Assembly (NCBI GenBank): GCA_050273025.1
Contig: CP158636.1
Location: forward strand, 6,076,001 to 6,140,000
Origin: Cenococcum geophilum
Taxonomy: Eukaryota
Direction of reading: 5' to 3'
Length of the DNA: 64,000 nucleotides
The notes under the pieces were generated by a model that saw only the letters and a list, made by a program, of their open reading frames with translations, did no database searches and was not told the DNA's origin. Numbering within the stretch: position 1 is the first letter of the stretch; the number at the start of each line of letters is the position of its first letter. A program made the position numbers and the translations under genes. This document shows, in pieces, positions 37,401 through 51,900 of this stretch.

Positions 37401-40400
37401 TAGACCTACTTAATTCCGCTTAACCGCTGTTAAGCCTTATTATAGAAACAATAGTTCCGAGCCTTTATAGGATGCCCTAAAGGATACCCCGGAGGAGAAC
37501 TAGGATACCCTAAAGGAGAATTATAATATTCTAGAGGAGAACTATAATACCCCAGAGGAGAACCACGATTAATGTGCTCTAGAAGGCAACTATAACTCTA
37601 ATATAATTATAGCAAATACGCCGTAACTACGACGCGGTAGAGGCCGCCCGAAGGGATCACGAAATTGCTAACATCTTATTAATTTTAAAGAGTAATTTAT
37701 TGCCGCCATTAAGAATAGAGTTAAGTTATTAATAGCCTTTATAACAGCTAAAGAAAAGGCTAACCTTAAGCTTACAAAATAGCTTTAAAAGGAAGGTCGT
37801 ATTATAACTCCAGGAGCTCCTTTCTAAGTATTTAATAAGTAGAAGATCAACGGTTTTATTACAAGAGGAGTTTTTAAATTTAAGAAGTATGACCTTACTA
37901 AGTTTAATGGAGTTCGTATCTTTAAGTTAAGAATGGTTAATAAGATTAAGGGTAAAGCTACTAACGCCCTATTTAAGAAATTAAGGCTTGTTATCTAAGG
38001 CTATAACGACAATAGTAAGGAGGTAATTCTTACGCAATCTCCTATAATTTAACGAGCTAGTTAGTAAGTTATTATTGCGCTAGCTTCCTCCTTAATAAAG
38101 AATGGAATAGCGGTTTATTTGCGAGATATTACTTAGGCCTATACCTAATTAGAGACGCACCTTTAGCGCTTAATACTGGCATACCTTCTAGAGTAAATTT
38201 ACTACCAATATCCTGAAGATACGATTATGGTTATACTTTGGAATTGTAGAGGTAGGAACTTATTAGTGGGCTACCTATAGCAAGCACTATAAAGAGAAGC
38301 TTTTAATAACTACTTTTATATTTAATTTATGCTTCCTTATCACAACCACGGGAACCCTATTTAGAATCGTTGGTATATAAACTAATAATATAATTATCTT
38401 AGGAGACGACCAATTCTCAGCTCTTAAAGAAGATAAGCTAGTAAAGGTAAATCTTATAGTAAAGCTAAAGGAAAAGCTTAATTTAACAATACTATTGCTC
38501 TTTAATAGATGTATCCTCTCCCTAAATAAGGATTCTATTGCTTTACGCCAGAAGAGTTAAAGCAAGAAGATTAAAGTTATTAACGTTAATTCTCTAAAGT
38601 AAGGATATATAGAGTAACGCGCTCGCGAAGCTTATATTGCTTCTATCTATTAACCTAAGGCTTCCTTTAATCTCTTAGTTGCCGCTTAACACTAGGAACT
38701 AACTAAGGATGACGTCCTTAATCTAAATAAGCGCCTTTCCTAGCAAATAAGCTATCTTGATTAAGGACTACTCTATATACCTATTAATCTTCCTACTATT
38801 AAGCTCTTTGTATTTGTTAATAGATTGTTTATAAATAATAAAGATTTTAGCTTTTAGCTAGGATATAAGATTATTATTACAAATAAATCTACCAGAGAGA
38901 ATAACTTTATAATTAACGGTAATCTTATCTATTAGAGCTTAACTAAGAGTAAGTACGTTACTTAAAGCATTCTAGCGTTAGAGATATACGGAATAGTTAG
39001 CGGAGTTAATACGGTAATTATAATCGGAACTACCCTTAAGATAATTATAGATCAACTTAAACTTTCTATTATCCCTATAATCGTATACACCGACTTATAT
39101 TCCCTCTATAAGTATTTAATTAAGCTTAGTACTATAAAGGAGAAGCGCCTTATAATTAATATTATGGCACTTTAGTAGTCCTATAAGCGACAAGAACTCT
39201 TTAAGATTTAATAGATTAATGGCTAAGATAACCCAGTAGATGCGATAACAAAGGTAAACCTAAATAAGGCACTAGAGACATTTGTTAATATAAATACTCT
39301 ACGTATATAAGTTAAAGGTTAGGTTAAAAGGGAGATTTAAAGAAGTTAAGATCTTATAGAACTTTAACCGCCGGTTAAAGTTGTCTAATTAGTTAGATTT
39401 TTATTAAGAGCGCCGCGCCTAATTAATTTAGGTGGCGGTGTGGAGTTCTACCGATGCTATTTATTAAGCTAACTAATTAGGATTTTCTATCCCCGGGATA
39501 GAAAATTGCTATTGGCTCGCTTACTACTAGCGCCTTGGCGGCCTATACGTCTTCACGTTAACCCCTAATGCTCTTCCTCTTCTTCTTTTCCTTAGCTTAG
39601 TATCTTTATATTATTGCGTTATTTATATATAGGTGGCAACTATAAAAGAAGAGTTGCCAGTGTCGGGAATAAGGTAATTTGCCGTTACGTGCGACAAATT
39701 GCCGTCACGTGTCGTCACGTGTTGCCGCGGCACTAGCGTGGTAAGGAACCTTAAGTTCCTTACCCTCCCCCTTTCTAAGAAGTATTATATAACAATAACC
39801 ATCATACTATCTACGAACCGTAGCTACGTGATATCACCTTATGATCTAATAGTAGGAGAAGCAGTAGTAGAATAGGTGCCTCTATGGCTGCGTATATTAC
39901 TATAAGTAGAAGTCTTAGGGGGAGGGAAGGTTTCTAAAGGGGGGATGATGCGGGTATAAAGCTATGCGGATATTAGCAATATCCGTATTATTAAGATGCG
40001 GATATTATACTTTTTTAATAGGTGTTTTAGCTAGACTACTAGTAGAAGCTAATTGCGCACGTTTTTTGCGCTAAGGTATAACTAGCTTTAGTCTTAACAA
40101 ACTATCCTATATACGTGTTAGCTAATAGAATAGTGGTATACTATTAGTATATACCTTTTCACACGACCTATTACTTAAGCGATATTTTAAGTACGTACCT
40201 TTAAAATATGGCCTAGAGTTCTGCTTATAAACGTGATATTTATAATCTTACTTAACGCATAGAGTGTATAGCGGATTACGCAGTATACTAGAGCTATCCT
40301 TAATATTCTGGATATAGGTATATATCCGCTAGCGAGCTTCCTTTATATTCTCCTAAGCACCAGCTTTTAGGGTATACTATTTATTTACTAACGGCACTTA

Positions 40401-41298
40401 AATAGGAAGGCGCTTGTTTATATTAATATTTGACGTTATAGCTTAGGCCGTCTATATACTATAGAGCTTATAAGGGCTGCGGAGATTATAAGAGGATAAA
40501 GGAGGGCTTTTAGGAGAGTTAGCGTTATTAAGATTAATCTCTTTATTATTATCTAAAATCTCTAACATTTCTGTTAGGTTACTATAAGAGGTAAATTAGT
40601 AGATAAGATACTAAAAGAGTATAGCTAACACATACGATTTAAAGGCTATTTTATACTAAATATTTTACACAGTAATTTTATTAGCCTGCCTCTTAAGAGA
40701 AGTAGAAGCATAATAAGGATTAAACTTTTTAAAAGTAGTAGGCGATAAAGAAATAGGTAGCTTAAAGGTAGGCAATAAAGAGGTAAGCGGTAAAGAAGTA
40801 GGCGGTAAAGAGGTAAGTAGTAAAAAGGTAAGCGGATTTTTAGTGGATTTTGTAATAACCTTATTATAGTGTTCTGCTATATCTGATAAAGAGTGCTTTA
40901 ATATATATTTCCTAAAATTATATTAGCTATAGGCATAATTTAGTATTAGAAAGCTTACTCTCTAAGTAAAAATTCTAAAGGATTAGTAAAAAAAAGAGCG
41001 TTCTTAAAAGCGTCCTTAATTATTTTATCGTTAACATTGCGCGTATTAAGTTCCTTAACTAAATAGCTATTAAACGTATTTAGAGGTATAAAAGAAGGCA
41101 TTATAAATAGTAGTATGCTAATTAATAGTAGATAAAACAACAATAATAAAGTTTGTGGTGCGTTATTATAAGGTAAAAGGTTAGTAGAAGAAGAGGTATG
41201 GAGATTAATTAAAGGTAAATATCCGCGCTAAGATTTTACCGAATTAGCTTACTAATAAATAATCACTATTATAGTAATTTACCTTAGTAAATATTAAC
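31420..41298. repeat. Diverged ~1.95-kb tandem duplication inside the AcademH element (copy 1 ~31420-33371; copy 2 ~33372-41298 interrupted by copia)
   Basis: Colinear matches at start (GTGC[A/G]GATATATAAATATC), middle (32030-32500 vs 39950-40420) and end (TTAGTAAATATTAAC). Confidence 0.85.
33850..39851 (+). mobile_element. Full-length Ty1/copia retrotransposon A, RIP-inactivated
   Basis: 191-bp LTRs 33850-34040 and 39661-39851, TSD GTAGG/GTAGG; gag, protease (DTRA from DTGA), integrase, RT (DIT*AY), RNase H in copia order. Confidence 0.92.
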
Positions 41299-41606
41299 TA
41301 CCTTATATACGCTTATTTATAACGCGTAAATCCTTTATAGTTAAGTTACTACTAATTAGAGTAAGTAGGCGCCTTCTAGTTAACTTGCGAAATAGTATTA
41401 ATATAAAATTACCGCTTAGCTAAGGTATTGGAGAAGGGTTATAAGCGGATTTCTTCCTTTTAAAGTGCGCAGATATATTATTTCGTTTTCTCTTACTATA
41501 AGGCAGATCTAATATTAGCTAAAAGGCTTAAGGTATAGTAGCCTAAAAAGAACGGATAATATCTAACTAAGAGGATTATAAAACACTTAAACTAAATAGC
41601 TAATAT

Positions 41607-44600
41607 TGTTGGGAATGAGGCAAGCGGTCGTTACGTAACGCCGCGGCACTAGCATAGTAAGGAGTCTTAAGCTCCTCGCCCTTCCTTATTCTAATTAATA
41701 AGCTTTATTAACCAACATTACTATAATCTACTCGAGTAGTTATTATTAGTAAGTTACCCTATATAACCAATACTAATTAGTGGTTAAATATATAGTCAAC
41801 TATAGAGCAGCTAGGTTTTTAAATAGAAGAGACAGTCTTATATAAGGGTGCTATATACGCTTATATGGAATAGATCCCGGCGATACTATGCTACTTTAAA
41901 CTTATAGAAAACTAGTAATAGAAGTGTTACTAAGTACTAGGAGATACTAAGTTACATCTATTATGTAGAATAACTACGTTTACGAAGATTTAGTCGAGTA
42001 CTTTAGGTTAGAAGTGTTACTAAACCTAGGGTCCTAAGTTAACGTCTAAAACGCGTTAAAAACAACCACCTTAATACCCTTTGTGTACCTTTATAGACTA
42101 TAGAATTATAATTACTACCTAATTACACGTTAAATAACCCTTATTTTCCTTAATCTTTTTATTAAAACGCGTTAAATAACTACCTTAATACCCTCCGTGT
42201 ACCTTTATAGATTCTATTATAGCGTTAACCTACCTAAAGAAGTATAAGAAAGACATTAACCTAGAGATATAGAACACCAATATAACTAACCTTAAAGATG
42301 TTAATCAGTAAGACTTAAACGGATTCCTATTATACCGCATAGTATACTATAAAGATAGCGAATATAACAATACTATACTATAGTACTATATAAGGGAGGA
42401 CTTTATTAGATAGATAAAGGGAATATAGACTTCTATAAAGAAGGATATTATATAAGACTTCCGTAACTTCTTATAGGAGTATAAAGTGTTTATACCTATA
42501 GACGGGGGTACTATTAGGGACAATATTTAGGAGCAGGTTATTAATATAAAAGAAGAGCATAAATAGACTCTATAAGAGATTAAGCACCAACTACGTACTA
42601 TAAGGAAGCTTAATTTATAATAGAATCCAAGCAATATACCTCTAGAGACAAATCTACCTCTACCTTTAACTCCTCTATATCCAATTTAACCTATAACCTT
42701 AATGTTAGATACTATACCCCAATGAGAGTAGGCATAGGATCCTATTGCTTTACAATTTAACAACCTTTAGACTCTACTAACTAGACCTATATCCCTACTA
42801 TAGCCTATAATGCAACTCCTACCTCCTTTACCTTAATTTTAAATTAGAGGTAGTTTAAAATTGCTTATAGAGCTTGCGAAGCTCTACTTAGATTAGGAGA
42901 AGAAGTTTAGCGGGGAATTATATAATATTCTTAATTCGAAACTACGTATCTTCTATAACTATTACTAAAAGGTAGGAATAGAGTCTAATTAATACCATAA
43001 CGCTTATTCCGTTATGCTTAAGGGCTAAGCTAGTACCTTCTATTATAATCGTTTAGTAGGAAAAGGATATAATTTTAACCGCATAATATATATATTAAGA
43101 TACCACTTTAAAATAGAAGAGATTAAGTAGTAGTATATATTAGAATGGAGAGAGACTACCTTTTTAAGGATTATTGCTATAAACCTAGGTGTCCCTCGGC
43201 TTAATTATCTTTAAAAGCTCTTTAATTAACTTTAGATAATTTAGCGTGGTTTATCCAAATCATATTAAGAGGATTTTAGCCTATATAATTAAGTTATTAG
43301 CATATACTAAGGCGTTAAAGAATATAACCTTACTCTCTTTAATCCTATAAATACTTATAAAGGAATATATACTTAATTAAGATCTTCTATTAGTACCGCT
43401 CTACGCTCTTAAAAAGTATAGCAATTTAACGCCTAACTCTAACCTACTTCGATTAACCCGCCTAACTAATATAATTATAACTAGACTAATTAAACATATA
43501 GTAGCCGTAGTAGGCAATATAGTAGAGGGTATAATTAATAACTATAAGGTAAAGGTAGAGGTCCTTATAGAGGTTTATTTTAAAGTAATTGCTAAAAAAA
43601 GTATTATATTTATAAAAAACCGAATTGCTAGTTAACTAGGCATTCTCTTAATAAACAAAAGGAGGCATATAATAAGTTTCGCCAGAGTATAAAAAACGTT
43701 AAAAATTATAAGGTTACTACGGCCTACTTTTAAAGCTTTCTAGTTTAATATAAAGGCGTAGAAAATCTTAAGGGTAAGGTTAATAAGGCCGAATAGCTTC
43801 TTATAGATATAGAAATTAAAGACTACTTACCCAACTAATACTTTACTAAGTATAGTAAGGTAGATGGTATATAAACCGTTGCTATTCTTAATAACCAATC
43901 TACGCTCCATTCTGTTATAAAGTTAGATATCTTTAATAAGCTAAAGGAGAGCTCCGCGTTCTCCTTTAACGATAGATACTTAGCAAATATCTTTTATAGT
44001 ATTATGCTAGATACTAGAGCCGCAGGAGTATTTACAGTAGGAGAACCTTAAGTTTAAGCTCTTTAATAACTTAATACTTCTATCTAGATTAACTAATTAA
44101 CGGTAGGCTAATATATAATATGTTTTAGTAAGGGTACCATAATCTCTCTCGGCATAATTAGGGTCTAAACCCCCTTAGGATACATTACTTTCTACATTAT
44201 TCCTACAAATACTTCGTTTCTATTCTATATTAGGGATATAGACAAATTAGGCGTTAAGCTTAATAACTTTAAGAATATACTCGTACAGGGAGATAATTGG
44301 GTGCCTATTATACGTAAGTAGGGTTACCCTTAGCTACTCCTTTAATAACCAGAAAAGAGTATTACTTAGAGCTATTTAACTAAGTTAAAGTTACGTTAAC
44401 TACACCATTATTTTAGCCACCCCTTTATTTACTAATTGCTTAGAGTTCTTTAGTAAATAGGCTATAAAGTTAAAGTTAAGGCAATTAAGCATCTTATAAA
44501 GTACTGCTATTACTATTAAATAAACTAGAAGTCCCCTAGCCAATTTAAGTTTACCCTTAAGGGTAACTACAAATTCAACTTCTATATTATTATTAATATT

Positions 44601-47600
44601 ATATATCTTAGCGGTAAGCCAGTACTCTAAGTTATTAACTTCTTAATCTTTTTTTAAGCTGCACGTTTCCTAAAGGATATATTGGCTAGAAACGCATAGG
44701 ATACCCTATAATTATACTAGATTAATATCTACCTAGAACCCCCTAATTAAATCGTCTATAGTATAGGAAAGAACTTCTTATTAGTAGAGTTTTAACAATA
44801 GATAAAGGTAATAGTAATTAAGGTTAAGGAAGTCCCTATTAAGGCATATAATAGTATTAAAAAAGTAGAGTAATATTACGCGCCATTATACTGCGTATAT
44901 AAGATTATCTCTTTAAAACTAGAGGACGCTAGCAAAAAACTTACCTTATAAATAGCTGTTAAAGCTATTAATAATTCCGCTAGCCTAGATAGACTCGTAC
45001 CTATATTACTAGTCTTTAGCGCCTACCCTTAAATAACTAACAATTTTTTACTATCTCCCTCTATTATATAATAAGCTAAGGCTATTTACAAGGCAATAAA
45101 GGAGGTGCGATATCTCTACGCTATATGCCAGGTTAACAATATACTAGGAATAAGAAATGGCCTAAACACCTTAACTACGCTTAATCTACCACTCTAGTTT
45201 AAGGTACGCGTATAGCGTAAAAAGGGAGGATAGTTAGGCCTACATTAACTTATTATAATTAATAGTTAAACTTATACTATTTAGATGCCTTACAGACCTA
45301 CTTAATTCCGTTTAACTATTATTAAGCCTTATTATAAAGATAATAGTTCCAAGCCTTTATAGGATACTATAAAAGATGCCCTAAAGAAGAGCTATAATTA
45401 ATATGCTCTAAAAGGCGACTATAATTCTAATATAATTATAGTAGATACGCCGCAACCATAACGCGGTAAAGGTCGCCCGAAAGGATTACAAAATCGCTAA
45501 TATCTTATTAATTTTAAAGAGCAATTTATTACTGCCATTAAGAATAGAGTTAAGTTATTAATGGCCTTTATAATAGCTAAGGAGAAGGCTAATTTTAAGC
45601 TCGCAAAACAGCTCTAAAAGGAAGGTCGTATTATAACTTTAGAAGCTCCTTTCTAAGTATCTAATAAGCAGGAGATCGGTAGCCTTATTACAAGAGGAGT
45701 CTTTAAATTTAAAAAGTATAACCCTACTAAGTTTAACGAAGTTCGCATCTTTAAGTTAAGAATAGTTAATAAGATTAAGGGTAAAGCTATTAATGCCCTA
45801 TTTAAGAAATTAAGGCTTATTATCTAAGGTTATAATAATAATAGTAAGGAGGTAATTCTTACGTAATCTCCCATAATTTAACGAGCTAGTTAGCGAGTTA
45901 TTGTTACGCTAGCTCCCTCCTTAATAAAGAATAAAATAGCGGTTTATTTATAAGATATTACTTAAGCCTATACCCAATTAGAGACGCACCTTTAGCGCTT
46001 AATATTAGCATACCTTCCGGAGTAAATTCGCTACCAGTATCCTAAGGATACGATTATAGTTGTACTTAAGCTATTATATAGAATTGCAGAGGTAGAAACT
46101 TACTAGTGGGCTACCTACAGCAAGCACTATAAAGAGAAGCTTTTAATAACTACTTTTATATTTAATTCCTACTTCCTTATTATAATTACGGGAACTCTAT
46201 TTAGAATCGTCGGTATATAAACTAATAATATAATTATTTTAGGAGACGACTAGTTCTTAGCCCTTAAAGAAAACGAGCTAGTAAAGGTAAATCCTATAGT
46301 AAAGCCAAAGGAGAAGCTTAATTTAATAACACTATTACTCTTTAATAGATGTATCCTCTCCCTAAATAAGAATTCTATTACTTTACGCTAAAAGGGTTAA
46401 GGTAAGAAGATTAACGTTATTAACGTTAATTCTTTAAAGTAAGGATATATAGAGTAACGCGCTTATGGAGTTTATATTACTTCTATCTATTAACCTAAGG
46501 CTTTATTTAATCTCTCTATTACCGCTTAATACTAGAAACTAACTAAGGATAACGTTCTTATCCTAAATAAGCGTCTTTTTTTAGCAAATAAACCATCTTA
46601 ATCGGGGACTACTCTACGTGCCTACTAATCTCCCCACTACTAAGCTCTTTGTATTTATTAATAAATCGTTTATAAATAATAAAGATTTTAGCTCCTAGTT
46701 GGGATATAAGATTATTATCGCAAATGAATTTACTAAAGAGAATAACTTTATAATCTATAGTAATCTTATCTATTAGAGCTTAACTAAGAGTAAGCATATT
46801 ACTTAAAGCGTTTTAGCGTTAGAGATATATAGAATAGTTAGCGGAGTTAATATAGCAATTATAATTAGAACTACCCTGAAAATAATTATAGATCGACTTA
46901 AACTTCCCGTTATCCCTGTAATCGTATATACCGACTTATGCTCCCTCTATAAGTATTTAGTTAAGCTTAGTACTATAAAGAAGAAGCGCCTTATAATTGA
47001 TATTATAGCACTTTATTAATCTTACAAACGGCAAGAACTCTTTAAAATTTAATAAATTAACGGTTAAGATAACCTAGCAGATATAATAATAAAGGCAAAC
47101 CTAAATAAGGCTCTAGAAACGTTTGTTAATATAAATACTCTACGTATATAAGTTAAAGGTTGGGTTAAAAGGGAGTAAGAGTATAATATTCTGCAGACCC
47201 TAATTTTAACTAGCTAATTAGGATTTTCCATACCCGGCATAGAAAATTGCTATTAGCTCGCTTATAACTAGCGCCTTAGCGGCCCTAATATAATATCTAC
47301 CTATAACTCTAAGTAAGAAAGCACTACGTGCTAAAAGGCAAATTTTAGGACAGCGAGACTTATATTATAATAGCAATAGTAAGTAAGGAGGATCGATATT
47401 TGTTACGCTAGTTAAGCAGTATTTATATATAAATGGCAACTATAAAAGAAGAGTTGCTAGTGTTGGGAATGAGGCAAGCGGTCGTTACGTGACGCCGCGG
47501 CACTAGCGTGGCGAGGAGCCTTAAGCTCCTTACCCTTCCTTATTTCAATTAATAAGCTTTATTAACCAATATTACTGTAACCTACTCAAGTAGTCGTTAT

Positions 47601-47626
47601 TGGTAAGTTACCCTATATAACTAATA
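41607..47626 (+). mobile_element. Full-length Ty1/copia retrotransposon B, RIP-inactivated
   Basis: 166-bp LTRs 41607-41772 and 47461-47626, TSD AATAT/AATAT; pol colinear with copia A. Confidence 0.92.
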
Positions 47627-47799
47627 AATATAATATAGGTTTTGCGGGTTTTAGGAGCTTTAGGTATAAACCTTAATATTTCTCTAAATAAGAATCTAAT
47701 AGACTATTTAAATATATATACGGAAATTAATACTTAATACCCGGATATTAATTAGAGCTCTACCCTAGTTTTAGTTAAGTTAATAAATAAGTAAAACGC

Positions 47800-48410
47800 T
47801 AAGGAATATTAAATACTAACCTGCTAAAGCTGCGTTATATCTAAACCTAAGGGCGGAGATTAAGCACTAGGCTGCAGGTTCTAAGCTGCGCTTAGTTTAG
47901 AGAGCGGAGATTAAATATTAGGCTGTAAATTCTAAGCCGCACCTAATTTAAAAGGTGGGGATTAAGTATTAGTACGCGAATTCTAAACTACGTCTAGTTT
48001 AGAGGGTGGAGATTAAGTATTAGCCTGCAAACCCTAAGCCTTAGAGTTCCCTAAAAGCGGAGATTTAGTATTATAACTTAAATCCTAAGCCTTAGGATTT
48101 TCTAGGAGCGGAGATCTAATACTATATTACAAACTCTAAATTTCTAGATTTCCTACTATCTAGGAACTAGTGCTATGCCGCTAATATCAAACTTTAGAAT
48201 TTTTTATAGTTAGAGATCCGGTGTTATATTACGAATATTAAACCTTAGGCTTATCTAAAAGTTAAGACTTAGTATTACACTATAAGCTCTAATACTTAGG
48301 CTGCCCTAAGGATTTAGATTTAATACTACGCTAAGAGCTTTAATATCTAGATTGCTTTAAGGGCTAAGACCTAATACTACGCTATAAGATCTAATATCCG
48401 GCGCTTTAGC
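47800..48410 (+). repeat. 51-bp (17-codon) tandem repeat, about 11-12 units, within a relic ORF of the AcademH element
   Basis: G[C/T]GG[A/G]GAT anchor at 47853, 47904, 47955, 48006, 48057, 48108; de-RIPed reading resembles AEIEHQAAxSExxxxQR. Confidence 0.8.
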
Positions 48411-49699
48411 TACAGCCTATTTATACTTATATTGCTACTAATATTAGCAAATAAATGTCTCTATATCCTTTTTAAGGTTATACTACTAGCTAATATAGTA
48501 CTAAAGGGGAGAATTAGCTAGAGAGACTGGCTTAGAGTTATATTAACACTAGCTATATAAGCAGATATAGTACTTCTTACTTAAGTAAAGCGGCGGAAAG
48601 TGCTAAATTTACCTCTAATTAATTCTGCTGGCTAAAAGGGAGCTAACTCTATAGTGGCTAATATATTAGCCCGTAAGTCTACGCGTTAGAATAAGCCTTT
48701 TAACCGCACCGGCGAGCCACTAAGCGAAGTATACGGTTATTAAGCACTAATATACGATTAATTAGACGAACTATTTAAAAGCCGCTATAAGCGATAAGCC
48801 TAGGTTAATAGATAAGCTGCCGAACCACTATACTAACCTTATAGATATCCGTCCACACCCGCTATATAGGCTAATTCCCTTCTAGTATCCTGCTACTAAG
48901 TTACTATAGAGGGTGCTATAATGCGGCAGTTTGCTGTCGCCGTTAATACTAGATTACTATAGATTGCTACTAACGACAGACTATTGCCAGTAGGATCATT
49001 AATAAGGCCACGTTAATTTGCAATAACCGCACGCGGAAATCGCTGCGGAGATTAAATACTACACTATGGACTAGCGCTACCTATATTCGAGCTAATAATA
49101 CTATTAAACTTCTGCTATAGAGCTTAAAGGCTATACCACAGACTAATACCTAGGTTATTTTAAGATATAAACTAAGGCAGCGGAGAATTGTAAGAAGCTA
49201 TATTAAGAAGCTATTAAAAATAATAGAGGCGCTATAGGGAGTTATTAGGATGCTGAAGGCCAAGTTAAGGGTACTACGGATATATACTAGACGATTTTCG
49301 AGCGGGTAGCTATATATCTAGAGTATACGGATATTAAATATCTAGTTATTAAGATAACTATAATAAAGTAGTATACGTAGTCTAGGACCAGTTTGCCTAT
49401 AAGTCTTAGGTTAATGCAAGCTAAGATATTTAAAAATTGGTTATATCTGTTTACGAGCTAAATACTAATAATAGCTATAAGGGCGGTAATACTTCGGTTT
49501 ATAATAGTTAATTAGAGCTAGCACTCCTTATAGCTAATATACTAATAGGTCCCTATTAACCCGCTAATAGTAGAGGCGTCTATAATAAGCTTCTAGATAC
49601 GGCAATATATCTACTAGATTGCAACGCAACTTATAAAACACTAGTATTAAAGTATTGCGTTTCTTCCTTATAAATAAAGCGGATAAGCGCGTCCACTTT

Positions 49700-51900
49700 A
49701 TCTCCTAGGAAGCTGTAATCCTATTTAGGCAATATCCGCTTAAGGCCCTTATAAGTTAATAGAGGTTGGATATAAAGTATACGGATTTAATTGTCGGATA
49801 TAATATAACTGAAAATTAGACTCTAAACTGCATCCTAGTATATTATATTAAGCCATTCTTTAATCTACTTCTTAACACTTATAAATAGATCCTTTAAGTA
49901 CTTACTCTTTATAATATTCCTAGTATATAGTGCGACAATATTATACTCCTTATAAGCCTGTAATAAATTATTATAATTAGAGCAATAGCGTAAACCTCTA
50001 GATAATAGACTTGTCTTCTTATATAGCTTAAGCAAAATATTATATAGATATCCAGTAGCTTTATTTATAAGCTCGTATAATATATTTAGAAGTACCGCCC
50101 GTTTCTCTATATTAGTTTTTGCCCTCTTCTATTTTTCTATATACTTAATTAGTAGGGCTAATAATGTTATATTCTTATTAAGTATTTAATCCTCCTCCTA
50201 AGCAGATACCTATAAGATAATATTACTATTAATTATAACAAATAAAGCTAGATTGCTAGCGAAATCCGCTGCCTTATCCTCTTATATTACCATCCTAGTA
50301 GTAATAAAGTTACGGGCGAGTCGGGTAGATAGAGGGGCTATAGGTTTTTAAGACTTTTGCTTTAGCGGTATAATATCCGCAAGAGCGCCCTTATACTAGT
50401 TTTTAATAAGGATAATTATATATCTGGTAATACTATTGCGTTAGGCGGCCCGTCTGAATCGCTGCAGTATTATATTTAGGCTTTTATTGGGATAATAACT
50501 GTATATAATAAAACGGATAATATCTGGAATATCCGTACTATAGGCTAGGGCGTCCAATATAATAAAAATATAGGTAGGTAAGTCTTCTGTATAGAAATTT
50601 CGATACTCCCTACTCTTATTACGTTTGGATAATATCGTATAATAACTCCGTACTGCTATTTTAGCCTACTTAATAGTATAGCCCTTAGTTATAAGCCACG
50701 AATAAATAGTATTTATACACCTATAGATATAATTTTTGGTATAAAGAAAGATAATTGTCTTAGGAATTAATTCGGGACTTAAAACCTTTTGTTTCTTCGG
50801 CTATATAGTACCTCCTACCGGATTTTAAATATGCCCGACTAATTAATAAATAGAGGTAGCGGATATTTAACTAGAAGATGCGGATATCCTACTAGGCACT
50901 GCGGGCGTTTAGCTAAATAATGCGGATATTTTACTAGACCCTACGGATATCTAGCTAGGGGTCGCGGATATATAATCCTCCTCTACTACCGCCTCCTTAA
51001 ATGCCTCTTTAATAATAAAGAATAGTGCCTTATAATTGTTCTTATCCCTCCTCTTAATATAGCCCCTAATAATAGATAGGTTAGGCCGATTAATATCCGT
51101 TTATTTAAGGTCCGTTATACTCTAATAAAACCCTACTAGCTTTATTACCTTTATATACATCTCCTTATTAAGTATTACAGTATATATAAACTACGGCACT
51201 GTTAAACTAAGTAGTAACTAGACCTTAAAGAGCTATATGTAATAGGGCCAGAAGCTCTTACCCTAGTTAGTAACTAGATAATACTTATTAATTATAACTA
51301 AGGAAATATACGAGCGAAAAGTAGGCTAAGTAAGGATATGGTGGAACCGTTTACTTAATAGCAACTCTAGTAATACTAGAATATACGTAAACTAACCCGC
51401 CTTAATATATTTTAGGATATCCGTATACGCTTTTATTACCTCCATACATATAAATATAGGATTTACTCCTAAAATAGCCCGTATCTTTAATAGCTGCTCC
51501 TCTCTAATTACGTTTAGAGGCAATATAATAATAGTAATAGAAGCTCGAACCAGTAATAGAATTACCTGCATTATTATACTCTTACCCTATAATATCTTTG
51601 CTACTAAGAATAAGTCCCTCCGCCTATATATTACCCATCTTAATACCTTAATTTAACTAGGTCGTCCGCTATACGGATATAGAAGCTTAATAGCTCTATC
51701 TATTACGCTTAACTATTTGTCCTTGCTTACCTCCTATAAGGCTAAAAGCTTATCTTACACATTTTATAACTGCCTCTCTGCCAGGGACGTAAGATCCTCC
51801 TGTATATAATTATCTAGCTCCTATAAGCTCCGCGAGACCTACTAGCGTTCCTATTTAACTACGGTCTTCTAACCCTAACGACTAGTGCCTTTCTTCTAAG
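49700..51900 (-). pseudogene. RecQ-like SF2 helicase relic of AcademH
   Basis: Manual translation: DLFLVAK..GKSIIMQ (motif I), LPLN (Ia), LVIINKYYLVTN*GKSF.PYY (DECH..WG..FRP.Y), INRPNL, PKTIIF, DALAYSTDIPDI (V), LQRFRRAA*R (VI); ends approximate. Confidence 0.85.

Noticed and set aside
49700..51900. Telomere-linked RecQ helicase or Helitron helicase
   Set aside because: No telomeric repeats; motifs are SF2/RecQ rather than PIF1; the gene lies within TIRs and a 9-bp TSD together with a DUF6589-like transposase
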